Positions 16,069 to 25,218 of a DNA stretch of 44,431 nucleotides are shown here, one piece after another. A model generated the notes under the pieces. That model made no database searches, was not told the DNA's origin, and worked only from the letters and a program-made list of their open reading frames with translations. The number at the start of each line of letters is the position of its first letter. Position 1 is the stretch's first letter. This DNA comes from an uncultured Elusimicrobium sp. (lineage in GTDB: Bacteria > Elusimicrobiota > Elusimicrobia > Elusimicrobiales > UBA9959). The position numbers and the translations under genes were made by a program. Location of the stretch: positions 1 through 44,431 of the forward strand of contig CACZRG010000056.1 of assembly GCA_902783485.1 (NCBI GenBank), in the 5' to 3' direction.

Positions 16069-17597
16069 ATTCCCCCATAATCGTTTTTGTCCATTATACG
16101 GTACTGAACAGCTTCCATTATATGCTGTTTTTTTATTTCTGCTGAACCTTCAAGATCTGCTATGGTTCTTGCCACCCTGAGTATTTTATCAAGCGATCTT
16201 GCAGAAAAACCAAGCCTGTTCATGGCCGTCTCAAGTACGTTGGACGCGCCGGAAGGAAGAGAGCAGTAAAGCCTCATATCATGCGCCGTCATAAAAGCGT
16301 TTGAAGCCGCAGCACCTGAAGCCCCATACCGTCTGCGCTGTATTTCTATTGCCTTAAGTACACGTGCAGCGATATTTTCTGTTTTCTCACCGCACGGTGC
16401 GGCCTCCCAGTCTTCATAACGCATGGGAGCCAGCTTCACGTGAATGTCTATTCTGTCCAGTATTGGACCTGAAACCCTTGCCCTGTAGCGGCTTATCTGA
16501 AGCGGGGAACATAAACATTCCCTAACCGGATGCCCCAGATAACCACAGGGGCAGGGGTTCATTGCAGCGACAAGAATAAATCTCGCAGGGTAAACAACAC
16601 TTTCGCGTACACGTGATACGGTTACTTTCCAGGATTCAAGAGGCTCACGCAGACATTCTATTGCAGCGCGTGAAAATTCTGGAAATTCATCAAGAAACAA
16701 TACTCCGTTGTGAGCAAGAGACACTTCGCCAGGTCTGGGATTACTGCCGCCACCTATCAAAGCCGCATCTGAAATAGTATGATGCGGTTCACGGAATGGC
16801 CTTTGCGACACAAGCCTGCCGGATCCGACAAGACCACTCACGGAATAAATTTTGGTTGTTTCAAGCGCCTCGTCTTCTGTCATAGGAGGCAGCAGCCCGC
16901 CGAAACGCCTGGCAAGCATACTTTTGCCCGCCCCTGGTGGGCCTACAAGCAGTATATTATGAAAACCGGCTGCGGCTATCTCCATAGCCCTTTTTGCAAA
17001 GTTCTGCCCTTTTACATCTGCAAAATCAAGATCAGAAGAATGGCCCGGAATAAAAGAACTGCGCACACATTCCACCAGCTGCTGTTCATTTTTAAGCCAG
17101 GAAACAACCTGTGCAAGAGAGGAAGCCATAAAGCATGGAACACCTGAAAGCGCTGCCTCTGCTGCATTCTGTTCCGGAACGACAGCCCTGAATCCACTGT
17201 TTCTTAAAGAAACAAGCATGGGAAGAACTCCTGCGACCGGTCTTATTGAACCATCAAGCGCCAGCTCTCCCAAAAAAACAGTGTTTGTGAGTTTTTCAGA
17301 AAGGCCAGCACCAGAATCTTCCGCCGCTGCTATCAGCCCCAATGCAATTGGAAGGTCAAAATGCGTTCCGGTCTTTTTCTTTTCCGCCGGAGCAAGATTA
17401 ACAGTTATCCTTTTAGGTGGAACCTTGAATCCGGAACTGCGGATAGCGGCCATAACACGATCGCGGGCCTCCTTGACTGAAGCGTCAGGGAGGCCCACCA
17501 CACTGTAAGAAGGCAGTCCTGCGGAAATAAAGACTTCAGTGGAAACGAAACAGCCTTCTATCCCTCTTAAAGCCAGCGTTGAAATCTTTGCAAGCAT
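16065..17597 (-). CDS. comM: YifB/ComM family Mg-chelatase-like AAA ATPase
   Basis: An N-terminal Lon-protease-like domain is present. Walker A is LLVGPPGAGKSM and Walker B is VLFLDEFPEF. The C-terminal chelatase subunit ChlI-like region is also present. The RBS is AGGAGGGGGG. Confidence 0.93.
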   Translation of the reverse strand: MLAKISTLALRGIEGCFVSTEVFISAGLPSYSVVGLPDASVKEARDRVMAAIRSSGFKVPPKRITVNLAPAEKKKTGTHFDLPIALGLIAAAEDSGAGLSEKLTNTVFLGELALDGSIRPVAGVLPMLVSLRNSGFRAVVPEQNAAEAALSGVPCFMASSLAQVVSWLKNEQQLVECVRSSFIPGHSSDLDFADVKGQNFAKRAMEIAAAGFHNILLVGPPGAGKSMLARRFGGLLPPMTEDEALETTKIYSVSGLVGSGRLVSQRPFREPHHTISDAALIGGGSNPRPGEVSLAHNGVLFLDEFPEFSRAAIECLREPLESWKVTVSRVRESVVYPARFILVAAMNPCPCGYLGHPVRECLCSPLQISRYRARVSGPILDRIDIHVKLAPMRYEDWEAAPCGEKTENIAARVLKAIEIQRRRYGASGAAASNAFMTAHDMRLYCSLPSGASNVLETAMNRLGFSARSLDKILRVARTIADLEGSAEIKKQHIMEAVQYRIMDKNDYGGI

Positions 17598-17632
17598 CCC
17601 CCCTCCTTGAAGGCGTAAAGCCTTATTTGTTT

Positions 17633-18742
17633 TTAATTAACAGATATGAAATTAATTTCCTTGCCTGTAACTTCGCCCAACTGGAAACCGAGTGAATCGC
17701 CACGAAGTACCATGCTTGCTATCTCCTGGCAGTCCTGGGTTCTGGTAACAGCTGAGAACACAGCGGTTCCTTTCTGATAATTCACAAGAACAAGATATTT
17801 GAAATTCAGCTTAAGCAGATCAGATTTGACAGTTTCAGCCTGTTCCATACCTGAAAGTCTTGTAAAAACAAGAGTGACAACAGGATCTGATTTAAGCTGT
17901 GGGTCGACTCTTGACGCTGTATCCCTGGAAAGTACATCTGCAAGTGAACTCATGGCTTTCGAAAGAGCAGATTCTTTTGTTGTATCATTCCCGCTTCCCT
18001 GTCGGGAAATATCACTCAGTCTTTTACCGGAAGGAACCGAAATAACTTCTACCGAACCATCAGCAGCCGCAGGATGAAAATCAGTTCCGGTGGCCCCACC
18101 GAACAGATAAGCGTTCGCCTTTGCTTTTATAAACATTTCCGCTCCTGCTTCCGCTGCTGCAGAAGTAAGTGAATCATAGCTTCCATCTCCGGCTTTTTCC
18201 GGTGGAAGAACCTCTATATTCATTATCGAGTCCCGGGAAAGAGCTTTTACAAATGCCTTTTCAAAACCGGTTCCCGCAGGAGTTTCATTGATAAAAAGTG
18301 CGGCTTTCGGTCCTGTCACAGGGGCGTTAAGCCCGGCAGCCTTGACAGCAGAGGCTATTTTTGAAGGATAAACATATATGAAGGCATTTGAGAAATACAT
18401 ATCCCTGTCCTGGCCTTCTTTCTGGATTTTATATTTTTTAACGAAGAAATCAGGATCCTCTGTCACTATTTTTTCAAAAATCTCATATTTTCCATCTGCC
18501 TTGTATGAAGCATCGGCAAACATTTCTGCCACACGCCGCACAGCTTTAAGCTTTGCATCGTATACGGCTTTCTCCCGGGTCTCATTTATATTTCTCTCAT
18601 TATATTCAACCCTGCCTTCCGCTACAATAACTTCAGTATTGTCAGGCGACGGAGCATTTCTTCTGCCGGTGGAAGTACAGGCCGCGAACAAAAACACACA
18701 CAGGAAAAAGGCGAATCCTGCTTTTGATAATAGATATTTCAT
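17633..18742 (-). CDS. Lipoprotein, hypothetical
   Basis: The ORF is 369 aa with lipobox LFAACTS. I recognise no family. It is preceded by its own GAGGA RBS and by the terminator of the upstream gene. Confidence 0.7.
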   Translation of the reverse strand: MKYLLSKAGFAFFLCVFLFAACTSTGRRNAPSPDNTEVIVAEGRVEYNERNINETREKAVYDAKLKAVRRVAEMFADASYKADGKYEIFEKIVTEDPDFFVKKYKIQKEGQDRDMYFSNAFIYVYPSKIASAVKAAGLNAPVTGPKAALFINETPAGTGFEKAFVKALSRDSIMNIEVLPPEKAGDGSYDSLTSAAAEAGAEMFIKAKANAYLFGGATGTDFHPAAADGSVEVISVPSGKRLSDISRQGSGNDTTKESALSKAMSSLADVLSRDTASRVDPQLKSDPVVTLVFTRLSGMEQAETVKSDLLKLNFKYLVLVNYQKGTAVFSAVTRTQDCQEIASMVLRGDSLGFQLGEVTGKEINFISVN

Positions 18743-18758
18743 ATTTTATCCTCTGATT

Positions 18759-18786
18759 AAAAAAAGGCCCGCTTTTGAACCGGGCC
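18759..18786 (-). terminator. Rho-independent terminator after the 783-aa CDS
   Basis: The minus strand reads GGCCCG-GTTCAAAAG-CGGGCC followed by TTTTTTT. Confidence 0.8.
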
Positions 18787-18801
18787 TTTTATCTGTTACT
18801 G

Positions 18802-21153
18802 TCACATAAGATCCATTATGGCCCTCGTACAGGCTGCCGGAGACTTGACTTTCTCGTACGGCACCCAGCCTACTTTAAGAGACATATTGTTCAGGATATT
18901 GAGTGTGTAACGTTTGAATTCTGCCTCCTTGTCAAAAGCATCGGTTGCTGGCTGCGGGCCAAGCACAACAATACCGTTTACATTCTGGGTAACGACAAAA
19001 TCACCCATTCCAAAAGCAGAACCGGTTATATTGCCAGGGTCATAGTCCTTCAGAAACACCTGCTGCCATTCAATCTCAAGTCCAAGCTGCTGCGCCTGCT
19101 GATACAGAGAATACATGGCATAATAGGCATTGCGTTCATGCCCCTTGGGATACATTATTCCCCATTTAAGCCACAGATCCTGTGTGGAAGGCTTCCAGCG
19201 TGAGGCCTTCTCAAGATCATCTTCCGTAGGCATTTCAGGAGCAGTTTCCTTAAGACCTATCAGCATTTCCATAAGCTCGCCCTGTGTCTGCGTGGCTTCT
19301 TCAGAGGCTATGAATTTTTCAAGTTTAAGAACATCCTTTAGTAGCGAATTAACCTCTGTGAAAGGAACCTTCGGATTTATAAAGAAATCCCCCATTTCTC
19401 CCTCATTAAGAGAAACATTCATGCTTCCTAAAAGCTGGGTAAGGATATTTTTGTAATTCTGCGAAGAAGGCTGCTTGAGATCCACGGACCAGCCCTGTGA
19501 AAGCTGAAAATCAAGTGCCTCTTCAATAGATGCAAGTGCATGAACCGGCAACGCAGTTGTTATGACAATCTGCTTGTTTTCTTTAACATAAGCATTCAGC
19601 CATTTTGATATATATGGCTTGTTTGCCGCTGTAAGCATCATAAGATGTATATCGTCTATTATGAGGACTTTGCATTTGTTTATAAGCTCGTCAAGCTGCT
19701 GAATGCTGCCTGATTTTATGGCAAGATCAACTCCCTTTGTAAAACGTATACCAGTGGTTGCGAATATGTTCTCATAACCAACAGATTTCGATATGCCTTC
19801 TACAATAAGATTCACAAAATGCGTTTTGCCGGTGCTTGCAGGGCCGTATATCACAAGAGGATTATAAATAGTTCCAGGTGTTTCAACCACGGCCATTGCA
19901 GCCGCGTGCGCAAAGCGGTTGTGCGAACCAGAAACCATATTGTTCATGTTTTCCATTGGAATAAGCGGCATTTCTATGTTCCAGCGGGTGTTGAGGTTTA
20001 TGGCCTTTATAACCGGCTTTGCCTCTTCTACAGTCTGTACCTCCTCAACTTTTTCCTCTTTCTTTTCCAGGTCCTTGTTCTTGCGTATATGTGCCGCCGG
20101 AACAAATCCGCCACGTTTCTTTGCTGCTCCAAACGGATTAAGAGGTTTCTTTTCTTTTTTTACAGGAGCACTGGGTTTTTCAGGTACTGCCGGAGCTGCA
20201 GGTGCCGCATTGACAGCCGGTACAGGCGTAGCAGCCGGCGCCGCTGGCGCTCCTGCTGTCACAGAAGGATTTACCTGCGGTACCTGAGGCGGCTGGGTTA
20301 AAGCCGGATTGACCGAGGGAATAATACGCGCCGTCCGGGCAGCCGGTGCCGCAGGAGCGGGAGCCTGAACATATGGATCCGCAGGCGCCTGCACATATGG
20401 ATCAGAAGGTGCCTGTACATACGGAGAAGACGGAACCTGTCCGTATGCTGCCTGATTCTGTGGCGGAACAGAATAGGAAGGCTGCCCTGGCTGTGAAGCG
20501 GCAGGAGGAACTGCAGCCTGACGCCGCATGGTTTCCTCTTTCATTTTTTCAAAATCAGGTATAGGGGCTATGGGCTGAGACTCGGTACTCATACCATATG
20601 TCGGGTCAACTCCGGGAGGCACTACAGGAGCATCCCCTGTATCCACAAATACAGATTCCATACCTCCGCTGGGCAACACCGCTGAAGCGGCATTTTCCGG
20701 ACTCACACCCGGCAGGGAATTCACACTGCCAAATTCGTTCATTGCAGATGGGAACAGCTGCATTCCCATATCAGAGGAGAGTGAATTGCTGTCTATTACA
20801 GGAACAGGTTTTACATTAGGCATTTCCGGAAACCCTGGCTGGGTGAGGAAAGGATTAACCTCCATGGAATCTTCCTCTTTCTGCTGTGGCTGCTGCCTGC
20901 GGCTGGAACTTTCAAGAGATTCTATTCCCTGATCCCTGGCTATCGCATTAAGTTTTGATTCCACTTCATCATTTACTTCCGAAAGATATATGGTGAAATT
21001 ATATTCACCTTTCGATTTTTCCGGGCGGGAGCATATTTTACCAAGTTCCTTTACAACCAGAAACACATCTCTCATATCGCACTGCAGCAGAAGCTGCTGG
21101 CGTTTTTCATTTTTCTCATTAGGTGTGGCAATGAGTTTCCATTCTCTAATCAT
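18802..21153 (-). CDS. DnaA-domain-III-like AAA+ protein with long Pro/Ala/Gln-rich linker and novel N- and C-terminal domains (not a canonical DnaA)
   Basis: Residues ~386-615 are collinear with the DnaA ATPase domain. Matches are NMVSGSHNRFAHAAAMAVVETPGTIYNPLVIYGPASTGKTH (Walker A), VLIIDDIHLM (Walker B) and KQIVITTALP (sensor I). Residues ~86-385 are low complexity. No domain IV (HTH) motifs are present. Confidence 0.8.
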   Translation of the reverse strand: MIREWKLIATPNEKNEKRQQLLLQCDMRDVFLVVKELGKICSRPEKSKGEYNFTIYLSEVNDEVESKLNAIARDQGIESLESSSRRQQPQQKEEDSMEVNPFLTQPGFPEMPNVKPVPVIDSNSLSSDMGMQLFPSAMNEFGSVNSLPGVSPENAASAVLPSGGMESVFVDTGDAPVVPPGVDPTYGMSTESQPIAPIPDFEKMKEETMRRQAAVPPAASQPGQPSYSVPPQNQAAYGQVPSSPYVQAPSDPYVQAPADPYVQAPAPAAPAARTARIIPSVNPALTQPPQVPQVNPSVTAGAPAAPAATPVPAVNAAPAAPAVPEKPSAPVKKEKKPLNPFGAAKKRGGFVPAAHIRKNKDLEKKEEKVEEVQTVEEAKPVIKAINLNTRWNIEMPLIPMENMNNMVSGSHNRFAHAAAMAVVETPGTIYNPLVIYGPASTGKTHFVNLIVEGISKSVGYENIFATTGIRFTKGVDLAIKSGSIQQLDELINKCKVLIIDDIHLMMLTAANKPYISKWLNAYVKENKQIVITTALPVHALASIEEALDFQLSQGWSVDLKQPSSQNYKNILTQLLGSMNVSLNEGEMGDFFINPKVPFTEVNSLLKDVLKLEKFIASEEATQTQGELMEMLIGLKETAPEMPTEDDLEKASRWKPSTQDLWLKWGIMYPKGHERNAYYAMYSLYQQAQQLGLEIEWQQVFLKDYDPGNITGSAFGMGDFVVTQNVNGIVVLGPQPATDAFDKEAEFKRYTLNILNNMSLKVGWVPYEKVKSPAACTRAIMDLM
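20359..20424 (-). repeat. In-frame tandem repeat encoding 3 x (S/D)PYVQAP(S/A)
   Basis: The protein segment is PSSPYVQAPSDPYVQAPADPYVQAPAP. At nucleotide level there are three imperfect 24-nt units. Confidence 0.8.
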
Positions 21154-21800
21154 AGCAAAACCTTCTCAATAGCAATTATTTCAATAAGAAAATCTAATAT
21201 GTAGTCACGTGAATATGTGATTTCGTCAAGATGAAGAAAAGCAATCTCACCTGAACGGCATATACCAGAAAGAGACTGCTCTGTCTCTTCCGAAAGCCTG
21301 CCCAGGTATACAAGTCCGGATATATCCGAAGGAAGTCCCTTTCCGGCTATCTGGACAGCTCCGTTACCATCTGTTTTTCTTACAGCCGCGCGGTTCACGA
21401 AAAAAGGATGTTCCTTCGAAGCGAGAGCCACGGAATCAATCTCCTTAAGTAATTTTTCCATCAGCTTTGAATTTTCAGCTGAATAAAGGAATACGACACG
21501 GCGCCGGTTTTCCGGAGGTATTGTTTCTGGAGAATGACGATATACCGGATCCTTCCGGCTTTCAGCATTCTGCCGTTGCACCGGTGGTGGCGGAGGAACA
21601 GGGGTACCCGATTTTTCTGCAGGTTCTGTCTGCCGCACCTTGTTTCCGGCTGAGCGCATAGTCTCAGCCTTTGCTTTCTCAAGTTCACGACGGCTTAACT
21701 GAAGATCCTCTGCCTTTTTGACAAGGCCAGGCATTTTCTCAAGCAGCACATTAAGGCTCTCAAGCAGTTCTTCCGTGTTCTTTCCTTTCTCTTCCGGCAT
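21150..21800 (-). CDS. Hypothetical protein: N-terminal coiled coil, Pro-rich linker, C-terminal alpha/beta-like domain
   Basis: The ORF is 216 aa. Its stop overlaps the start of the 783-aa CDS (ATGA at 21150-21153). The linker contains the PVPPPPPVQ tract. Confidence 0.7.
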   Translation of the reverse strand: MPEEKGKNTEELLESLNVLLEKMPGLVKKAEDLQLSRRELEKAKAETMRSAGNKVRQTEPAEKSGTPVPPPPPVQRQNAESRKDPVYRHSPETIPPENRRRVVFLYSAENSKLMEKLLKEIDSVALASKEHPFFVNRAAVRKTDGNGAVQIAGKGLPSDISGLVYLGRLSEETEQSLSGICRSGEIAFLHLDEITYSRDYILDFLIEIIAIEKVLL

Positions 21801-21833
21801 ATATTCGAAAACAGTAGTCAGATATTTTCTTAT

Positions 21834-21842
21834 ATTATAGCA
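21834..21842 (-). promoter_or_regulatory. Extended -10 element (TGCTATAAT), a possible internal promoter for the 216/783-aa pair
   Basis: The minus strand reads TGCTATAAT in the 51-nt mtaB-to-216-aa intergenic region. A second TATAAT lies immediately upstream. Confidence 0.4.
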
Positions 21843-21851
21843 ATTATAATA

Positions 21852-23108
21852 TTAATGGGAATCTTTTTTTATGGAGGCTTTTACTGTACCGTTTTCCACA
21901 CTTTCAATAACAGTGGGGACAAATATTCCTCTGTCCAGCACCCCATCAAGTTCAACCGTTATGAAGTTTGATGTAAGCCCCTGTGAACTGCTTCCAGCGC
22001 TGCCCAGTACAAGAGTCTGAAGAGTTTTTCCTTTCTGGGATTCTGCAAAGCCGCTGCGCAGTTCCAAATCTGTTTTATGCAGTTTTACAGAACGCTCTTT
22101 TATTACATTATGTGGAATCTGCTTCATAAGTGCGGCTTTTGTCCCGGGTCTGGAAGAGTAGCTGAATATATGCAGCCCGGAAAGACGGTTTATTTTCACA
22201 AATTCCATGGAGTTTTCAAAATCCGCATCGGTTTCAGATGGAAAACCAACTATTATATCAGCATAAATACCGGCCTCAGGAAATATGCCACGCAGTCTCT
22301 CCACCATGTCTGCATAACGGGCTGTATCATAGGGTCTGTTCATGGCCTTAAGCACGGCATCGCTTCCTGACTGCAACGGCAGATGAAAATAATTGCAGAA
22401 TCTGTCCCCGGCTTCAGACAGTGTTTTAATAAGAGAATCTTTCAGTTCTGTTATCTCCATTGAGGAAAAACGTATGCGGAACCTGCCTGGCAGGGCAAAA
22501 ATACGGCGCATAAGGCCATTGAGGTCAGCACCTGTATCAGGACAGTGATAAAATCCGAGACGCGTACCACAAAGCACTATTTCTCCGAAACCGCTGTTTA
22601 TAAGCCCCCTCACCTCATTCACTGCTGTTTCAAGCGGCTTTGATCTCAGTACATTACGAGCCATGTTTACCAGGCAGTAAGAACATTTCAGATTGCAGCC
22701 ATCCTGTATTTTGACAAATGCCCTTGAACGTCCGTAAAAACCTGTAACCGTTGAAAAATCCATGGGAAAAGGCATTCCACAGGCAGCGGAAGCTATTTTC
22801 TCTTTTTCGGAATTACTGAAAATAACCGCAGATGGTGCAGCTTTTTTTACTTTCTGTGGAGAAAGTTCTGAAAGACAGCCTGAAACAAATATACGGCACT
22901 CCGGATTCTGTTCTGCCGTACGCCGGAGAAAAACAAGAGCATCCCTGTCCGCACGCGATGTTACGGAACAGGTGTTAAGCACTATGCAGTCTGCGGTTAT
23001 GGGGCTGTCAGCTTCTGAATTACCAGGCACAGCAAGCATTTTTTCACGCAGGCTCTCAGTTTCAATCTGATTTACGCGGCAACCGAAAGTCTTGAAGTAA
23101 ATTTTCAT
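21852..23108 (-). CDS. mtaB: tRNA t6A37 methylthiotransferase MtaB (radical SAM MiaB/RimO family)
   Basis: The N-terminal UPF0004 domain reads FKTFGCRVNQIETE. The radical SAM motif is CNLKCSYC. A C-terminal TRAM-like domain is present. It lies next to rsmE, as in Bacillus yqeU-yqeV. Confidence 0.85.
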   Translation of the reverse strand: MKIYFKTFGCRVNQIETESLREKMLAVPGNSEADSPITADCIVLNTCSVTSRADRDALVFLRRTAEQNPECRIFVSGCLSELSPQKVKKAAPSAVIFSNSEKEKIASAACGMPFPMDFSTVTGFYGRSRAFVKIQDGCNLKCSYCLVNMARNVLRSKPLETAVNEVRGLINSGFGEIVLCGTRLGFYHCPDTGADLNGLMRRIFALPGRFRIRFSSMEITELKDSLIKTLSEAGDRFCNYFHLPLQSGSDAVLKAMNRPYDTARYADMVERLRGIFPEAGIYADIIVGFPSETDADFENSMEFVKINRLSGLHIFSYSSRPGTKAALMKQIPHNVIKERSVKLHKTDLELRSGFAESQKGKTLQTLVLGSAGSSSQGLTSNFITVELDGVLDRGIFVPTVIESVENGTVKASIKKDSH

Positions 23109-23157
23109 AAAAACCGTCCGTTTAGTTTCCGGATTTTATTATCCCGTCCACGTTTTT

Positions 23158-23883
23158 TCATAACCGGCAGTCTTTATATCCGGTTAATACCATGGAGGCA
23201 TAAAAACAGGCATCTTCTGCGCGCAGTACATTCCGGCCCAGATCAAGAGGAACAGCACCAGCAAGTACAGCTTTTCTTATCTCCTCTTCTGTAAAACCGC
23301 CCTCTGGACCAGTAAAAAGCAGTAGTTCTGTCCTTCCATTTATTTTTTCTGGCAGCTGCCCTGTATGAATACCACCAAAAGATGCGATAAAGGCAGCCTC
23401 ATTTTCTTTAATACCATCAATACACTCATCAAACCGGACCGGGGGAAGTATTTCCGGAAAATCAGCCCGTCCGCATTGTTTACATGCAGACATGACAATC
23501 TGCCGCATACGTGGAATCCTTTTATTCCAGTCCCGGCGTGATTCCTGGACACGCTCTGTTACAACGGGCTGAAAGACAGAAACCTCAGCGACTGTGCAGC
23601 GTTCCAGGATATCATCAAACGCTTTTCTGGCCGGAAGCGCAAAACACAGCTTAAGATTCACAACCCGCGGAACTTTCTTTATTACCCCCGAAATATGTCC
23701 CTCTATAATATTGTTCCCGGCCTTTTCTATTTCAGCATACCAGGCATTGCCTCTTCCGTCAAAAAGTTTTATCCGGTCTCCCCTTCTTGCGCGCAATACA
23801 TGAAGCAGATGAGCTGCTTCAGTGCCATCAAGACGGAAGACCGGACCGTCAATATTCTCCGGATTCACGTAAAACTGTGACAT
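23158..23883 (-). CDS. rsmE: 16S rRNA (uracil1498-N3)-methyltransferase RsmE
   Basis: An N-terminal PUA-like domain is present (HLLHVLRARRGDRIKLFDG). The SPOUT C-terminus reads LFTGPEGGFTEEEI and LDLGRNVLRAEDA. Its start overlaps the dnaJ stop (TAATG). Confidence 0.88.
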   Translation of the reverse strand: MSQFYVNPENIDGPVFRLDGTEAAHLLHVLRARRGDRIKLFDGRGNAWYAEIEKAGNNIIEGHISGVIKKVPRVVNLKLCFALPARKAFDDILERCTVAEVSVFQPVVTERVQESRRDWNKRIPRMRQIVMSACKQCGRADFPEILPPVRFDECIDGIKENEAAFIASFGGIHTGQLPEKINGRTELLLFTGPEGGFTEEEIRKAVLAGAVPLDLGRNVLRAEDACFYASMVLTGYKDCRL

Positions 23884-25094
23884 TATTTCTTCTTTTTGCC
23901 TTTAAGTATACCCTTTATGTCATCTTTCAGCTCATCAAAAAAACCGGTTTCCTTTCTGCTGTCCCCGGAAACATTGCCTGTAGTATTTTTTTCTGACGGA
24001 TTTTCCTTCTCAGTTGCTTTCTCTTCCGCTATGTCAGCCAGGCCCTGGAAAAGCTCCTTCTGTCTCGCGGAAAGTTCTACCGGGATCTCAACTTTTATCT
24101 TTACAAGCAGATCGCCACGGGGCCGTCCTCCGGTTCCGGGCATTCCCTTTCCTTTTACACGGAACATCTTTCCAAACTGGGTACCGGCCGGAATACGTAT
24201 GGTGGTTTTGCCGCCCTCGATAAGCGGAACATCAGCCTCTCCTCCAAGCGCGGCCTGCCATACCGGCACGGGACACTCGTAAATAAGATCTCTTTTCTCA
24301 CGTATGAAATGGGAATGAGGGCGTATATTTATCTGTATGTAGAGGTCACCGGGAGCACCGCCACGCGTACCTGCATCACCGCCAGCCGTAACGCGCATTA
24401 CACCTCCGTCTTCAATTCCGGCGGGGATCTTTACAGTAATGGACACTTTCCGGCGTATACGTCCCTGTCCGCCACATTTTTCACAGGGATCGGTTATTTT
24501 CTCACCAGTACCACCGCATTCGGGGCAGGGCTGGCTGAAAGAGAAAAATCCCTGTGAATATTGTACCTGTCCGGAACCGTGGCACTGCGGACAGGTTTTT
24601 ACTGAATCCTTATTCTTTGCTCCGCTGCCACCGCAGTCAGGACACTCTTCCGTACGTTCCACATCAAGCGGAACCTTTATGCCCTTATAGGCATCTTCGA
24701 GCGATATTTCCGTCTCATATTTCAGATCGGAACCACGATGTGAACGCTGCTGCCTGCTGCGCCCGCCTCCCTGGGCAAAGACATTCTCAAAGAGATCTCC
24801 GAAAATATCTCCCATTCCGGCTCCACCGAATCCACCACCAAATCCGCCAAAAGGCCCGCCTGCACCGGCACCACCTTTTAGTCCTTCTTCGCCGTACTGA
24901 TCATAAATCTGTCTTTTCTTATCATCAGAAAGTACTTCGTAGGCCTCATTTATCTCCTTGAATTTCTCCTCGGCTTCCTTGTTGCCGGGGTTACGGTCAG
25001 GGTGATATTTCATCGCCAGTTTCCGGTATGCCGATTTTATTTCATCATGCGAAGCGTTCTTCGGAACATCTAAAAGTCTGTAGTAATCAGCCAT
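23883..25094 (-). CDS. dnaJ: Molecular chaperone DnaJ
   Basis: The J domain reads DYYRLLDV...[16 protein letters not shown]-rich region is present. There are four CxxCxGxG zinc motifs. The C-terminal extension is acidic and basic. Confidence 0.96.
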   Translation of the reverse strand: MADYYRLLDVPKNASHDEIKSAYRKLAMKYHPDRNPGNKEAEEKFKEINEAYEVLSDDKKRQIYDQYGEEGLKGGAGAGGPFGGFGGGFGGAGMGDIFGDLFENVFAQGGGRSRQQRSHRGSDLKYETEISLEDAYKGIKVPLDVERTEECPDCGGSGAKNKDSVKTCPQCHGSGQVQYSQGFFSFSQPCPECGGTGEKITDPCEKCGGQGRIRRKVSITVKIPAGIEDGGVMRVTAGGDAGTRGGAPGDLYIQINIRPHSHFIREKRDLIYECPVPVWQAALGGEADVPLIEGGKTTIRIPAGTQFGKMFRVKGKGMPGTGGRPRGDLLVKIKVEIPVELSARQKELFQGLADIAEEKATEKENPSEKNTTGNVSGDSRKETGFFDELKDDIKGILKGKKKK

Positions 25095-25169
25095 ATAAAA
25101 TCTCTGTCCCTGTCCCCAGGGAAAACTGGGGAAAATACATAATTAAAGCAAAATTCAAAACACATAACA

Positions 25170-25203
25170 GCGGGGCTTCCCTAGGAAAACAGGGAAACCC
25201 CGC
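25170..25203 (-). promoter_or_regulatory. Long stem-loop after the dnaK stop (probable partial terminator or processing site between dnaK and dnaJ)
   Basis: The minus strand reads GCGGGGTTTCCCTGTTTTCCTAGGGAAGCCCCGC followed by a T-rich tract. A second hairpin, CCCCAG-TTTTCC-CTGGGG, lies nearer dnaJ. Confidence 0.55.
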
Positions 25204-25218
25204 ATTATTCAGATGATG

